Shown: positions 34,597-45,184, numbered from the stretch's first letter. The stretch is DNA of 64,000 nucleotides from Eubacteriales bacterium (GCA_045587445.1 JAZNCH010000062.1:26715-90714); one strand, 5' to 3'. Numbers and translations are program-made. Notes: a model not told the origin generated them from the letters alone.

Positions 34597-34839
34597 TTAT
34601 TCGTTCTTCAATTCTTCGAGGCAGTGCTTACATATAAGCTTTCCCTTGAAATATGTAATATCGTCTGCATTCCCGCAAAACAGACAAGCGGGCTGATACT
34701 TCTTTAAAATGATTTTGTCGTCGTCTGTAAAAATTTCAATTGAGTCGCTTGTGGAAATATCCAAAACGTTGCGAAGCTCAATCGGTATTACAAATCTGCC
34801 GAGAGAGTCGATTTTTCTTACTATACCTGTAGATTTCAT
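34597..34839 (-). CDS. AbrB/SpoVT-family DNA-binding protein with a C-terminal Cys4 zinc-ribbon-like extension
   Basis: It has the swapped-hairpin N-domain MKSTGIVRKIDSLGRFVIPIELRNVLDISTSDSIEIFTDDDKIILKKY, then CLFCG-x17-CKHC. Confidence 0.85.
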   Translation of the reverse strand: MKSTGIVRKIDSLGRFVIPIELRNVLDISTSDSIEIFTDDDKIILKKYQPACLFCGNADDITYFKGKLICKHCLEELKNE

Positions 34840-34948
34840 GATTAAATTCCCCTTTTTTTAATAATAATTCTGCTAATTTCTATGATATTCTACCATAAAT
34901 ATTATAATTTGTCAATAATTTCCAAAAAAATTTTAGGAGTTTTTTATT

Positions 34949-35527
34949 ATGATAGGTAAAATATGCGGTTTGATTTGCGTATTATCGTTTATATTTGGTC
35001 TTGTTACCGGAAACGTCGGTCAAATGAATGAGGCAATATTTGAGGGAGCTTCCAATGCTGTTTCTTTGACTGTATCGTTGATAGGTACAATGTGTCTGTG
35101 GAACGGTATAATGCGGGTGGCTTCTGCTTCGGGATTAATTGAAAGGTTTTCAAGGGTTATGGCACCGTTGCTAAAATTTCTTTTTCCCGATGCATACAGA
35201 AAAAATAACGGTTTGGGGGAAATTGCAGTAAGTATAAGTGCAAATGTTTTTGGAATAGGAAACGCTGCAACGCCATTGGCTATTAAGGCTATGGAGAGGT
35301 TACAGCAAAACAACAATAACAAAACAGTTGCGTCAAATGATATGGTTATGTTTACGGTCTTGGGAACGGCGTCTTTGGATTTGTTTCCAACAACACTTAT
35401 TGCCCTCAGGCAAACTGCGGGGAGTGTTAATGCCGTAGAGGTAGTGGTGCCTATATGGATATGTTCGTTTGTTACGGCAGCTTTAGGTGTTATTTTAGTT
35501 AAGATATTTTGTTTTCAAAAGGCATAA
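34949..35527 (+). CDS. spmA: Spore maturation protein A (nucleoside-recognition domain)
   Basis: It is a polytopic membrane protein (NVFGIGNAATPLAIKAM) paired with spmB. Confidence 0.8.
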   Translation: MIGKICGLICVLSFIFGLVTGNVGQMNEAIFEGASNAVSLTVSLIGTMCLWNGIMRVASASGLIERFSRVMAPLLKFLFPDAYRKNNGLGEIAVSISANVFGIGNAATPLAIKAMERLQQNNNNKTVASNDMVMFTVLGTASLDLFPTTLIALRQTAGSVNAVEVVVPIWICSFVTAALGVILVKIFCFQKA

Positions 35528-35575
35528 TATAATATATATAATAAAATAGGAAGGAAATTTTCGGAGAGAAAGCGA

Positions 35576-36094
35576 ATGTATGCAGTATCAAAGTTAATAG
35601 TACCGTTGGTTTTGGCGTTGACGGGATTGGGAATGTTTTTTTCAAAGAAAGATTTGTTTACCGAGTTTACAGTGGGGGCAAAAGAGGGAATGAAAACGGC
35701 TGTGGGGCTGTTGCCCACTTTGGTGGCTCTTATTTCTGCTATTGCCATGTTTAATGCGAGTGGGGCTGCCGATGCTTTGGCAAAGTTTCTTGCACCTATG
35801 GGGAGTAAAATTGGTATACCGTCGGAAATAATCCCTCTTATACTTGTCAGACCGCTTTCGGGTGGAGCATCTACTGCTTTGATTGCCGATATTTTTGAAA
35901 AATACGGTGCAGATAGCTTGGCGGGACGGTGTGCATCGGTTATTGCAGGGTCATCAGATACCCTTTTGTACATAATTTCAGTCTATTTTGGGGCTGTGGG
36001 GGTCAAAAAAACGCGTGGAACTGTCCCTGTTGCCTTTATTGTGGCATCTTTTTGCGTTGTTTTAGCCGTTTTTTTGTGCAGAATCTTCTTTTAA
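35576..36094 (+). CDS. spmB: Spore maturation protein B
   Basis: LILVRPLSGGASTALIADIFEKYGADS, adjacent to spmA. Confidence 0.8.
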   Translation: MYAVSKLIVPLVLALTGLGMFFSKKDLFTEFTVGAKEGMKTAVGLLPTLVALISAIAMFNASGAADALAKFLAPMGSKIGIPSEIIPLILVRPLSGGASTALIADIFEKYGADSLAGRCASVIAGSSDTLLYIISVYFGAVGVKKTRGTVPVAFIVASFCVVLAVFLCRIFF

Positions 36095-36182
36095 TTCGCC
36101 AAAATTGTGCATAATGTTGATAAAAATGGTTAAAAATAGGGAAAAGTTCTACGAATATGATAGATAAAAATATGTAAAACTA

Positions 36183-36211
36183 TTGCAATTATGGGGAGAT
36201 TATGATATAAT
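36183..36211 (+). promoter_or_regulatory. Sigma-70 promoter of the S10 operon
   Basis: TTGCAA (36183-88), a 17-nt spacer, then TATAAT (36206-11). This is about 260 nt upstream of rpsJ. Confidence 0.65.
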
Positions 36212-36346
36212 CATAAGGCTTGATGTGCGTTGAAGCGAGAGGTTGCTGCAGAAATGCAGGTAATTTTCGTGGAGTATGTCCGATATTTAACCGGGCGACA
36301 GCAAATTGCTAAACACTTTCCCGTGCCTTTTGGTGCGGACGTTACC

Positions 36347-36384
36347 CGGATTTTGCCAAGAGTTGCAGGCAAATTCCGTTTTTT
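36347..36384 (+). terminator. Terminator-like attenuator hairpin inside the S10 leader
   Basis: CGGATTTTGCC (36347-57) / GGCAAATTCCG (36368-78) pair at 10 of 11 positions with a 10-nt loop, then TTTTTT (36379-84). Confidence 0.55.
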
Positions 36385-36433
36385 GTAGGGTCCATCGCAA
36401 AACACCCGGAAGAGTGTTAGAAACAATTTCGGC

Positions 36434-36463
36434 CCTTTTAAATGGAGTGTATTATTTAAAAGG
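36434..36463 (+). promoter_or_regulatory. Hairpin sequestering the 5' half of the rpsJ Shine-Dalgarno
   Basis: CCTTTTAAA (36434-42) pairs perfectly with TTTAAAAGG (36455-63). The SD AAGGAGG spans 36460-66. Confidence 0.45.
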
Positions 36464-36475
36464 AGGCAAAAACAA

Positions 36476-36787
36476 ATGGCAGTTATTGAGAAACTCAGAA
36501 TCCGTCTTAAGAGCTACGATCACACATTGATCGACCAGGCTTCAGAGAAGATCGTTGAGACAGCGAAGAGAAACGGTGCTAAGGTATCCGGTCCTATTCC
36601 GCTTCCCACCGAAAAAGAGGTAGTTACGATCCTTCGTGCTGTTCACAAGTATAAGGACAGCCGCGAACAGTTCGAATTGAGAACTCACAAGCGTCTTATT
36701 GACGTAATCAAACCGTCAGAAGAAGCAGTTAAGGCTTTCACAAGTCTTGAGCTTCCCGCCGGTGTTGAAATTGAAATCAAGTTGTAA
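36476..36787 (+). CDS. rpsJ: 30S ribosomal protein S10
   Basis: [10 protein letters not shown]...[18 protein letters not shown]; first gene of the S10 operon. Confidence 0.97.
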   Translation: MAVIEKLRIRLKSYDHTLIDQASEKIVETAKRNGAKVSGPIPLPTEKEVVTILRAVHKYKDSREQFELRTHKRLIDVIKPSEEAVKAFTSLELPAGVEIEIKL

Positions 36788-36874
36788 TAAAAATTACGGC
36801 TCTGATATGAGACCGAAAGGTCTCCGGTCACGTTGGATTTTCCAACCAATAACCTAACAGGAGGAAAAAGAAAG

Positions 36875-37504
36875 ATGAAAAAAGCGATCATCGGTAAGAA
36901 ACTCGGGATGACACAGATTTTCGATGAAAAAGGCAACGTAATTCCGGTAACCGTAATCGAAGCGGGACCCTGTGTGGTTTCGCAGATCAAAACAAACGAA
37001 ACAGATGGTTATGAGGCAGTTCAGCTCGGCTTTATGGATATAGCCGAAAGAAAGCTGAGCAAGGCTGAAGCGGGTCACTTGAAGAAGGCCGGCGTTTCCA
37101 TGAAGAAGCACTTGAAAGAATTCAGACTCGACGACATTTCCGGCTACAAGCTTGGCGATACCGTCACCGCAGACATCTTTGCCGCAGGTGAAAAGGTCGA
37201 CATTACCGGTATTACAAAGGGTCATGGTTACACAGGTGCTATCAAGAGATGGAACCAGCACACTCTTATGAAGACTCACGGCGTAGGTCCTATTCACCGT
37301 CAGTCAGGTTCTATGGGTGTTATTGACCCCGCGAGAATCTTTAAGAACAAACACATGGCAGGTCAGTACGGTAACGAACAGGTTACAGTTCTTAACCTCG
37401 CTGTTGCAAAAATCGATGCAGAAAAGAACATTATTGCTGTAAAAGGTGCCGTTCCCGGTGCTAAAGGCGGTATCGTGTTCATCCGCAATGCGGTTAAAGC
37501 GTAA
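36875..37504 (+). CDS. rplC: 50S ribosomal protein L3
   Basis: MKKAIIGKKLGMTQIFDEKGNVIPVTVIEAGPC. The start follows the GGAGGA RBS. Confidence 0.97.
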   Translation: MKKAIIGKKLGMTQIFDEKGNVIPVTVIEAGPCVVSQIKTNETDGYEAVQLGFMDIAERKLSKAEAGHLKKAGVSMKKHLKEFRLDDISGYKLGDTVTADIFAAGEKVDITGITKGHGYTGAIKRWNQHTLMKTHGVGPIHRQSGSMGVIDPARIFKNKHMAGQYGNEQVTVLNLAVAKIDAEKNIIAVKGAVPGAKGGIVFIRNAVKA

Positions 37505-37524
37505 GCGGAAGGAGGAAATAAGTA

Positions 37525-38148
37525 ATGCCAAACGTAAAAGTAGTTAATATGGCTGGTAAGGAAGTTGGAGAAATCGCTCTTAACGATGCAGTATTTGCTG
37601 TTGAAGTTAACGACGCTGTAATCCACTCTGCAGTCAGAGCATATCTTATGAATCAGAGACAGGGTACACAGTCAACTCTTACTCGTACAGAGGTTTCCGG
37701 TGGCGGTAGAAAGCCTTGGAGACAGAAGGGATCCGGTCGTGCAAGACAGGGCTCCACAAGATCTCCTCAGTGGACACATGGCGGCGTAGCACTTGGTCCT
37801 AAGCCCCGCGAATACAGAGTTACCCTGAACAAGAAAACAAAACGTCTTGCACTCTTGGGTGCGCTTTCCGATAAGGTTGCTAACGGCAACATGATTGTTG
37901 TTGACAGCATCGCAACTGAGGAATACAAGACAAAGACCATGAAAGCAATGCTTGAAGCTATCGGCGCAGCAAAGAAGACATTGGTAGTGCTTTCCGAAGT
38001 AGATGCCAAGGTTATCAAGAGCTTCGCAAACATTCCCGGAGTTAAGACAGCTCAGGTCAACACTATCAACGTGTACGACGTATTGAACTGCGACAGCTTC
38101 GTAGTTGCTCAGGCAGCGGTTTCTAAGATGGAAGAGGTGTACGCATAA
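37525..38148 (+). CDS. rplD: 50S ribosomal protein L4
   Basis: GGGRKPWRQKGSGRARQGS motif; operon position. Confidence 0.97.
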   Translation: MPNVKVVNMAGKEVGEIALNDAVFAVEVNDAVIHSAVRAYLMNQRQGTQSTLTRTEVSGGGRKPWRQKGSGRARQGSTRSPQWTHGGVALGPKPREYRVTLNKKTKRLALLGALSDKVANGNMIVVDSIATEEYKTKTMKAMLEAIGAAKKTLVVLSEVDAKVIKSFANIPGVKTAQVNTINVYDVLNCDSFVVAQAAVSKMEEVYA

Positions 38149-38441
38149 TGAAAACAGCACAGGATATTATTGTCAGACCGATCATTACAGAAGACAGTAT
38201 GGCGAGAATTGCTGATAAGACATACACCTTCGAAGTAATGAAGAGTGCAACCAAGCCCGAAATTGCAAGTGCAGTTGAAGAGCTTTTCAAAGTTAAGGTT
38301 GCTGATGTAAATACGATCAACATGAAGAAGAAGCCCAGAAGAGTTGGCGTTCATGCAGGCTATAAGAAAGCTTGGAAGAAAGCTATCGTTACTCTTACTG
38401 AAGATTCCAAGACAATCGAATTCTTCGATGGCATGATCTAA
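38148..38441 (+). CDS. rplW: 50S ribosomal protein L23
   Basis: DIIVRPIITEDS...YTFEV...ATKPEI; operon position. Confidence 0.96.
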   Translation: MKTAQDIIVRPIITEDSMARIADKTYTFEVMKSATKPEIASAVEELFKVKVADVNTINMKKKPRRVGVHAGYKKAWKKAIVTLTEDSKTIEFFDGMI

Positions 38442-38459
38442 TGAAGGAGGAGTACAGAA

Positions 38460-39290
38460 ATGGCAGCTATTAAATACAAACCGACTACTCCGTCGAGAAG
38501 ACACATGTCAGCTCCTTCTTTCGACGAAGTAACAAAGTTTACCCCCGAAAAGAGTCTTCTTACAACACTTAAGAAGCACTCCGGCCGTAACAGCTACGGT
38601 AGAATTACTGTTCGCCATAAGGGTGGCGGTAACAAAAAGAAATACAGACTTATCGACTTCAAGCGTGAAGTTGCAGGTGCTGAAAAGGTTATCGGTATTG
38701 AATACGATCCTAACAGAACCGCTTACATTGCACTTCTCGAAAATGAAGCAGGCGATAAGAAGTATATGGTAGCTCCTGCAGGACTTACAGCAGGCGACAC
38801 TGTTTACACAGGCGCTGACGCTGACATTAAAGCAGGTAACACGCTTCCTATAGAAAACATTCCCGTTGGTACATTCATTTACAACATTGAGTTGTACCCC
38901 GGAAAAGGCGGCCAGTTGGTTCGTTCTGCAGGCGCCGCAGCACAGCTTATGGCTAAAGAAAACGGTATGGCGCAGGTTCGTTTGCCCTCCGGTGAAGTTC
39001 GTCTCGTTCGTCTTAACTGCCAGGCTACAATCGGTCAGGTTGGTAACATCGAGCACGACACCGTTAAGATCGGTAAAGCAGGACGTAAACGCCACATGGG
39101 TATCCGTCCCACAGTTCGCGGTTCTGTAATGAACCCCGTTGACCACCCTCACGGTGGTGGTGAAGGCCGTTCACCTATCGGTCAGCCCTCTCCTGTTACC
39201 CCTTGGGGTAAGCCTGCACTTGGTTACAAGACACGTAATAAGAAGGCTAGAACCGAAAAATTCATTTTGAAGCACAGAAACGGCAAATAA
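38460..39290 (+). CDS. rplB: 50S ribosomal protein L2
   Basis: [29 protein letters not shown]. Confidence 0.98.
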   Translation: MAAIKYKPTTPSRRHMSAPSFDEVTKFTPEKSLLTTLKKHSGRNSYGRITVRHKGGGNKKKYRLIDFKREVAGAEKVIGIEYDPNRTAYIALLENEAGDKKYMVAPAGLTAGDTVYTGADADIKAGNTLPIENIPVGTFIYNIELYPGKGGQLVRSAGAAAQLMAKENGMAQVRLPSGEVRLVRLNCQATIGQVGNIEHDTVKIGKAGRKRHMGIRPTVRGSVMNPVDHPHGGGEGRSPIGQPSPVTPWGKPALGYKTRNKKARTEKFILKHRNGK

Positions 39291-39307
39291 GAAGGAGGTA
39301 CCGATAA

Positions 39308-39586
39308 ATGAGCAGAAGCTTGAAAAAGGGACCGTTTGTCGAAGAAAAGCTTTTCGCGAGAATTGCTGCGATGAACGAAGCCAATGAAAAGAAAGTTATA
39401 AAGACATGGTCAAGGGCCTCCACAATATTCCCGGAATTTGTAGGTCACACCATAGCAGTTCACGACGGTAGAAAGCATATCCCGGTATACATTACCGAAG
39501 ATATGGTTGGACACAAGCTCGGTGAATTCGCACCTACAAGATTGTTCAAGGGCCACTCCGGTTCCAAGACAAGTAACACGAAATAA
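39308..39586 (+). CDS. rpsS: 30S ribosomal protein S19
   Basis: [11 protein letters not shown]...[27 protein letters not shown]. Confidence 0.98.
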   Translation: MSRSLKKGPFVEEKLFARIAAMNEANEKKVIKTWSRASTIFPEFVGHTIAVHDGRKHIPVYITEDMVGHKLGEFAPTRLFKGHSGSKTSNTK

Positions 39587-39616
39587 GACGGGAAATGAAG
39601 GGAGGAATCATCCGTA

Positions 39617-39973
39617 ATGGAAGCAAATGCACAGGTAAAAGAAGCAAGAGCGATTCTCAGATATGCCAGAATTTCACCGCGTAAGGTAAAGATTGTACTT
39701 GATCTTATCAGAAACAAGGACACGGAGAAAGCACAGGCAATCCTCAAGAATACCCCCAACTCAGCAGCTGAGTATCTTCTCAAGTTGTTGAACAGCGCTG
39801 TTGCTAATGCAGAAAATAACTTCAATATGGACGGCAAAAACCTTTATGTATCGGAATGCTACGTATGCCCCGGCCCCACTCTTAAGAGAATGATGCCCAG
39901 AGCAAGAGGTTCCGCAGACAGAATATTGAAGAGAACAAGCCATATGACAATTGTCGTAAAAGAAAGAGTATAA
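39617..39973 (+). CDS. rplV: 50S ribosomal protein L22
   Basis: [16 protein letters not shown]...[20 protein letters not shown]. Confidence 0.97.
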   Translation: MEANAQVKEARAILRYARISPRKVKIVLDLIRNKDTEKAQAILKNTPNSAAEYLLKLLNSAVANAENNFNMDGKNLYVSECYVCPGPTLKRMMPRARGSADRILKRTSHMTIVVKERV

Positions 39974-39990
39974 GAAAGGAGCAAGCGAAA

Positions 39991-40752
39991 ATGGGTCAGA
40001 AGGTTAATCCCCACGGCTTACGTGTGGGCGTAATTAAAAACTGGGATTCAAGATGGTTCGAAAAAGACGAGTGCTTTGGCGATACGCTTGTATCCGACTA
40101 TAAAGTAAGAAATTATCTTAAGAAGAGTTTGCAGGCTGCAGGCGTTCCTAAGGTTGAGATTGAACGTGACAGTGCAAGAGTAAGAGTGTTCATTCACTGT
40201 GCTAAGCCCGGTATGATTATCGGTCGTGGTGGCGCAGAAATTGAAAAGCTCCGCCTTACACTTGAAGGTATGCTCAACAAGCCCGTATCTGTAAACGTTG
40301 TAGAAGTTAAGTATCCTGATCTCAATGCACAGCTCGTTGCTGAAAGCATTGCAGGACAGCTTGAACGCAGAATTTCGTTCCGCCGTGCTATGAAACAGGC
40401 AATCGGTCGTACAATGAGACTTGGTGCTAAGGGTATCAAGGTAACATGTAGCGGTCGTTTGGGCGGTGCTGAAATCGCAAGAAGTGAGCACTATCATGAA
40501 GGTACTATTCCGCTTCAGACACTTCGCGCTGATATCGAGTATGGCTTCTTTGAAGCAAACACAACATACCGTAAGATCGGTGTTAAGGTTTGGATCTATA
40601 AGGGCGAAGTACTTCACGACGGCAAGAACCGCTTTGCAGAAGCAAAGGTAGACGTTAAGCCCGACAAGCGTGACCGTCGCGACAATCGTCAGAGACGCGA
40701 CAGAAACGACCGTGCTCCTAGAAGAGAACGCAAAGAAGGGGGCGCAAAGTAA
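39991..40752 (+). CDS. rpsC: 30S ribosomal protein S3 (with an Arg/Asp-rich C-terminal tail)
   Basis: [13 protein letters not shown]..; KH domain; a tail of about 35 aa, [31 protein letters not shown]. Confidence 0.97.
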   Translation: MGQKVNPHGLRVGVIKNWDSRWFEKDECFGDTLVSDYKVRNYLKKSLQAAGVPKVEIERDSARVRVFIHCAKPGMIIGRGGAEIEKLRLTLEGMLNKPVSVNVVEVKYPDLNAQLVAESIAGQLERRISFRRAMKQAIGRTMRLGAKGIKVTCSGRLGGAEIARSEHYHEGTIPLQTLRADIEYGFFEANTTYRKIGVKVWIYKGEVLHDGKNRFAEAKVDVKPDKRDRRDNRQRRDRNDRAPRRERKEGGAK

Positions 40753-40755
40753 GCT

Positions 40756-41190
40756 ATGTTAATGCCTAAGAGAGTAAAATACAGACGCGTACAACGCGGT
40801 AGACTTAAAGGTAAGGCAACCCGTGGCAACACTATCACATACGGTTCATACGGTCTCGTAGCTACAGAACCCGCTTGGATTACAAGCAACCAGATAGAAG
40901 CAGCCCGTATTGCTATGACACGTTACGTAAAGCGTGGCGGTAAAGTTTGGATTAAGATTTTCCCGCACAAGCCTATAACAGAAAAACCTGCTGAAACTCG
41001 AATGCCTTCCGGTAAAGGTTCTCCCGAATACTGGGTAGCTGTTGTTAAGCCCGGAAGAGTAATGTTTGAAATGGACGGCGTTGAAGTTGAAGCTGCAAGA
41101 GAAGCTATGCGTCTTGCATCCCACAAGCTTCCTATTAAGTGCAAGTTTGTAGTTAAGGAAAGCGCTGCATCCGAAGATGAGGAGGTATAA
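40756..41190 (+). CDS. rplP: 50S ribosomal protein L16
   Basis: [18 protein letters not shown]. Confidence 0.97.
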   Translation: MLMPKRVKYRRVQRGRLKGKATRGNTITYGSYGLVATEPAWITSNQIEAARIAMTRYVKRGGKVWIKIFPHKPITEKPAETRMPSGKGSPEYWVAVVKPGRVMFEMDGVEVEAAREAMRLASHKLPIKCKFVVKESAASEDEEV

Positions 41191-41193
41191 GCC

Positions 41194-41382
41194 GTGAAAG
41201 TTGAAGAAATCAGAAAATTAACTTCCGAAGAGCTCAATGCAAAGCTTGCTGAGCTTAAGGGCGAACTGTTTAACCTCCGCTTCCAGCATTCGATAAACCA
41301 GCTTGACAACCCTCACAGAATTGCAGATGTCAAGAAGGATATCGCACGCGTAATGACAATTCTTCGTGAGAAGAACGCTTAA
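41194..41382 (+). CDS. rpmC: 50S ribosomal protein L29
   Basis: GTG start; [26 protein letters not shown]. Confidence 0.95.
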   Translation: MKVEEIRKLTSEELNAKLAELKGELFNLRFQHSINQLDNPHRIADVKKDIARVMTILREKNA

Positions 41383-41404
41383 GTTGCAGGAAGGAGAAAC
41401 AGTC

Positions 41405-41668
41405 ATGAGTGAAGTAGTTCGTAATCTCAGAAAAGTCCGTGTTGGTAAAGTTATTTCCAATAAGATGGAACAGACAATCGTTGTTGCAATCGAAGACAAC
41501 GTTAAGCACCCCAAGTACGGCAAGGTTATTAAAAACACAATCAAACTTCATGCACACGACGAAAAGAACGAGTGCAATGTTGGCGATAAAGTTAGCATAA
41601 TGGAAACAAGACCTCTCTCTAAGACGAAGAGATGGAGACTTGTTGAAATCATCGAAAAGGCGAAGTAA
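41405..41668 (+). CDS. rpsQ: 30S ribosomal protein S17
   Basis: [30 protein letters not shown]. The start follows the GGAGA RBS. Confidence 0.96.
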   Translation: MSEVVRNLRKVRVGKVISNKMEQTIVVAIEDNVKHPKYGKVIKNTIKLHAHDEKNECNVGDKVSIMETRPLSKTKRWRLVEIIEKAK

Positions 41669-41712
41669 TAAAGTAGATACGTCGAAAATCGTATCGAAAA
41701 GGAGGAAACGCA

Positions 41713-42081
41713 GTGATACAACAGCAATCATATATGAAAGTGGCGGACAACACCGGCGCTAAAGAACTTATGTGTATTCGCGTGCTCGGCGGAACAGGCA
41801 GACGTTATGCAAACATCGGTGACGTTGTAGTTTGTTCAGTTAAAAAAGCTGCTCCCGGCGGCCAGGTTAAGAAAGGCGAAGTCGTAAAGGCTGTAGTCGT
41901 AAGAACAGTTAAGGGCATCAGAAGAAACGACGGTTCATATATCAAGTTCGGCGAAAACGCTGCTGTTATAATTAAAGAAGATAAGAACCCGAGAGGAACA
42001 CGTATCTTTGGTCCTGTAGCGAGAGAGCTTCGTGAAAAGGATTATCTTAAGATATTGTCCCTTGCTCCGGAAGTACTTTAA
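41713..42081 (+). CDS. rplN: 50S ribosomal protein L14
   Basis: GTG start; [27 protein letters not shown]. Confidence 0.98.
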   Translation: MIQQQSYMKVADNTGAKELMCIRVLGGTGRRYANIGDVVVCSVKKAAPGGQVKKGEVVKAVVVRTVKGIRRNDGSYIKFGENAAVIIKEDKNPRGTRIFGPVARELREKDYLKILSLAPEVL

Positions 42082-42093
42082 GGAGGTATTATC

Positions 42094-42411
42094 ATGAATA
42101 AGAAGGTTCACGTAAGAAAAGATGATACTGTAGTTGTTATTTCCGGCGACGATAAGGGCACTAAGGGCAAGGTAATTGAAGTCTCCCCCGAGGAAGGCAA
42201 GGTTATCGTTGCAGGTGCGAACATCGTAAGTAAGCATGTTAAACCCAGAAGACAGGGCGAAGCAGGCGGTATCATCAAGGTAGAAGGCGCTATGTACGCA
42301 GACAAGGTACAGATTTACTGCTCCAAGTGCGACAAGGGCGTTAGAATCAAACATGAAATTAAAGACGGCAAGAAGATCCGCGTTTGTGCAAAATGCGGTC
42401 AGGCGCTGTAA
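42094..42411 (+). CDS. rplX: 50S ribosomal protein L24
   Basis: KOW motif VRKDDTVVVISGDDKGTKGKV. Confidence 0.96.
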   Translation: MNKKVHVRKDDTVVVISGDDKGTKGKVIEVSPEEGKVIVAGANIVSKHVKPRRQGEAGGIIKVEGAMYADKVQIYCSKCDKGVRIKHEIKDGKKIRVCAKCGQAL

Positions 42412-42432
42412 GAATTGCGGAGGTAGAAAACA

Positions 42433-42972
42433 ATGGCAAGACTCAGAGATTATTATAAGTCAGAAGTAGCCCCCGCTCTTATGAAGAAGTTCAATTACAA
42501 GAGTGTAATGCAGATTCCCCGTTTTGACAAGATCGTTATCAACGTTGGTACGGGCGACGCTAAGGATAACTCAAAGGTAATTGAAAACGTTATCGAAGAA
42601 GTAACAATGATATCCGGCCAGAAGGCAGTTCCCACATACGCTAAGAAGTCCGTTGCGAACTTCAAGCTCAGACAGGGAATGAAGATCGGTGTTAAAGTAA
42701 CACTCAGAGGCGAAAAGATGTACGAATTTATGGATCGTCTTTTCAACTTCTCCCTTCCCCGTGTTCGTGACTTCAAGGGTATCAACCCCAACGCTTTCGA
42801 CGGCAGAGGTAACTACTCTCTTGGTTTGAAAGAACAGTTGATTTTCCCTGAAATCGAATACGATAAGGTTGATAAGATTCGCGGTATGGATATCGCATTT
42901 GTAACGACAGCTCAGACTGATGAAGAAGCAAGAGAGCTTCTCACATTGATGGGCGCACCGTTCGCAAAGTAA
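42433..42972 (+). CDS. rplE: 50S ribosomal protein L5
   Basis: [30 protein letters not shown].. Confidence 0.98.
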   Translation: MARLRDYYKSEVAPALMKKFNYKSVMQIPRFDKIVINVGTGDAKDNSKVIENVIEEVTMISGQKAVPTYAKKSVANFKLRQGMKIGVKVTLRGEKMYEFMDRLFNFSLPRVRDFKGINPNAFDGRGNYSLGLKEQLIFPEIEYDKVDKIRGMDIAFVTTAQTDEEARELLTLMGAPFAK

Positions 42973-42987
42973 AAGGAGGAATAAATC

Positions 42988-43173
42988 GTGGCAAAGAAGG
43001 CAATGGTTTTAAAGCAGCAGAAAACACAGAAGTATTCCACTCGTGAATACAACAGATGTAAAATCTGCGGTCGTCCTCACGCTTACCTCCGCAAGTACGG
43101 TATCTGCCGTATTTGTTTCCGCGAGCTGGCTTATAAGGGCGAGATTCCGGGCGTGCGTAAAGCAAGCTGGTAA
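42988..43173 (+). CDS. rpsZ: 30S ribosomal protein S14, type Z (zinc-binding, 61 aa)
   Basis: GTG start; [23 protein letters not shown] (CxxC..CxxC). Confidence 0.96.
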   Translation: MAKKAMVLKQQKTQKYSTREYNRCKICGRPHAYLRKYGICRICFRELAYKGEIPGVRKASW

Positions 43174-43316
43174 TTAAATTAATCAGTAAAAAAAGCTAAT
43201 AAAGCTTCCAAACCTGCCGGTAGGAAAGTAAATACTTTAACCCCCGGTATGCAGCCTGTAAAAATTATATAAACAGGCGGCAAGAAATATAACTTGCATA
43301 TATGGAGGAAATAAAA

Positions 43317-43712
43317 ATGCAAATGTCAGACGTTATTGCTGATATGCTCACACGTATCAGAAATGCAAACAGCGCAAAACACGAAACAGTTGATGTTCCT
43401 GCTTCTAATATGAAGAAGGCAATTGCAGACATTCTCGTTGCAGAAGGTTTTGTAAAGGGCTATGAAATCATTGAAGACGGCAAGCAGGGCGTTATCAGAA
43501 TCACACTTAAGTACAAGAATAAGCAGAGAGTTATCCAGGGTCTTAAGAGAGTATCTAAGCCCGGTCTCAGAGTTTATTCAAACTGTGAAGATATGCCGAA
43601 GGTTATGAACGGTCTCGGCATCGCTATCGTATCCACACCCAAGGGCATTATGACCGACAAGAAGGCTCGTAAAGAGAATGTTGGCGGCGAAGTACTTGCC
43701 TTTGTATGGTAA
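43317..43712 (+). CDS. rpsH: 30S ribosomal protein S8
   Basis: [15 protein letters not shown]. It starts 8 nt after the GGAGGA RBS. Confidence 0.97.
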   Translation: MQMSDVIADMLTRIRNANSAKHETVDVPASNMKKAIADILVAEGFVKGYEIIEDGKQGVIRITLKYKNKQRVIQGLKRVSKPGLRVYSNCEDMPKVMNGLGIAIVSTPKGIMTDKKARKENVGGEVLAFVW

Positions 43713-43730
43713 TCGGGGAGGTAAGAAGAG

Positions 43731-44270
43731 ATGTCAAGAATAGGTAGAAAACCGATTGAAGTTCCTGCAGGCGTAGACGTAAAGATCGAAGCAGGTAACG
43801 TTGTAACAGTTAAGGGTGCATTGGGCACAATGACTCAGGCACTTCACAAAGATATGATCATCAAGAAGGAAGGCAACGAGCTTATCGTTGAACGTCCCTC
43901 TGAGATGAAAGAGCACAAGGCTCTTCACGGCTTGACAAGAACATTGTTGAGCAACATGGTAGAAGGCGTAACAAAGGGCTTCAGCAAGACTCTCGATATC
44001 AACGGTGTTGGTTACAGAGCAGCAAAAGCAGGTAAGACACTTACACTTAACCTTGGTTACTCACATCCTATCACATTTGAAGAAGCAGACGGAATTACAA
44101 TCGAAGTTCCCAATGCTAACCAGATAATCGTTAAGGGTACAGACAAGCAGAAGGTTGGTCAGCTCGCAGCTGAAATCAGAAGCAAGAGACCTCCCGAACC
44201 CTACCTTGGTAAGGGTGTTAAGTACTCCGACGAGAGAATTCGCCGCAAAGCCGGTAAGGCCGGTAAATAA
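43731..44270 (+). CDS. rplF: 50S ribosomal protein L6
   Basis: [17 protein letters not shown]. Confidence 0.98.
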   Translation: MSRIGRKPIEVPAGVDVKIEAGNVVTVKGALGTMTQALHKDMIIKKEGNELIVERPSEMKEHKALHGLTRTLLSNMVEGVTKGFSKTLDINGVGYRAAKAGKTLTLNLGYSHPITFEEADGITIEVPNANQIIVKGTDKQKVGQLAAEIRSKRPPEPYLGKGVKYSDERIRRKAGKAGK

Positions 44271-44288
44271 TGAAAGGAGTGGAACAGA

Positions 44289-44648
44289 ATGGTATCAAGA
44301 AAAGATAGTAAGGCTCAGCGTCTTAAGAGACATAAGAGAATTAGAGCAAAGATTTCGGGTACTACCGAAAGACCTCGCCTTTGCGTATATCGTTCACTTC
44401 AGAACATTCAGGTTCAGGTTATTGACGATACTAAGGGCGTAACATTGGTATCCGCATCCACTTTGGAAAAGGCCTTTGCAGGATACGGCGGTAACAAAGA
44501 AGCCGCAAAACAGATTGGTAAGACAATCGCTGAAAGAGCTCTCGAAAAGGGCATTACAGAAGTTGTATTCGACCGTGGCGGTAACCTTTATCACGGACGT
44601 GTTAAGGAACTCGCAGAAGCTGCTCGTGAGGGCGGCCTTAAGTTCTAA
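44289..44648 (+). CDS. rplR: 50S ribosomal protein L18
   Basis: [25 protein letters not shown].. Confidence 0.97.
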   Translation: MVSRKDSKAQRLKRHKRIRAKISGTTERPRLCVYRSLQNIQVQVIDDTKGVTLVSASTLEKAFAGYGGNKEAAKQIGKTIAERALEKGITEVVFDRGGNLYHGRVKELAEAAREGGLKF

Positions 44649-44668
44649 GGAAACAGGAGGAAAGTTTA

Positions 44669-45172
44669 ATGAATCAGAGAATAGATGCTTCGACACTCGA
44701 TCTTCAGGAAAAACTCGTAGCTCTCAACCGTGTTTCCAAGACAGTTAAGGGCGGTCGTATTGCAAGATTTACAGCAATCATGGTAGTTGGCGACGGTCAG
44801 GGCCATGTAGGCTACGGTCTCGGTAAAGCAGCCGAAGTTCCGGATGCAATCCGCAAGGGTATTGAAGATGCAAAGAAAAATATGATTACAGTATCCATGA
44901 AGGGTGATACAATTCCTCACGAGGTAATGGGTATCTACGGCGCAGGTAAGGTTCTTCTTAAGCCTGCCGCAGAAGGTACAGGTATCATCGCAGGTGGTAC
45001 ATGCCGTGCCGTTGTTGAAATGGCAGGTATAAAGAACATTCGTGCTAAGTGCCTTCGTTCAAACAATCCTACAAACGTTGTTAAGGCAACATTTGAAGGA
45101 CTCAAGGCTCTTCGTACAATGGAAGAAATTGCAGCTCTCCGCGACGTAAGCGTAGAAGCTATCAAAGACTAA
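44669..45172 (+). CDS. rpsE: 30S ribosomal protein S5
   Basis: [36 protein letters not shown]. Confidence 0.98.
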   Translation: MNQRIDASTLDLQEKLVALNRVSKTVKGGRIARFTAIMVVGDGQGHVGYGLGKAAEVPDAIRKGIEDAKKNMITVSMKGDTIPHEVMGIYGAGKVLLKPAAEGTGIIAGGTCRAVVEMAGIKNIRAKCLRSNNPTNVVKATFEGLKALRTMEEIAALRDVSVEAIKD

Positions 45173-45184
45173 GGAGGCAGAATT

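Noticed and set aside
42988-43173. The 61-aa S14 as a truncated gene
   Set aside because: It is the standard short, zinc-binding type-Z S14 (CxxC..CxxC) found in many Firmicutes.
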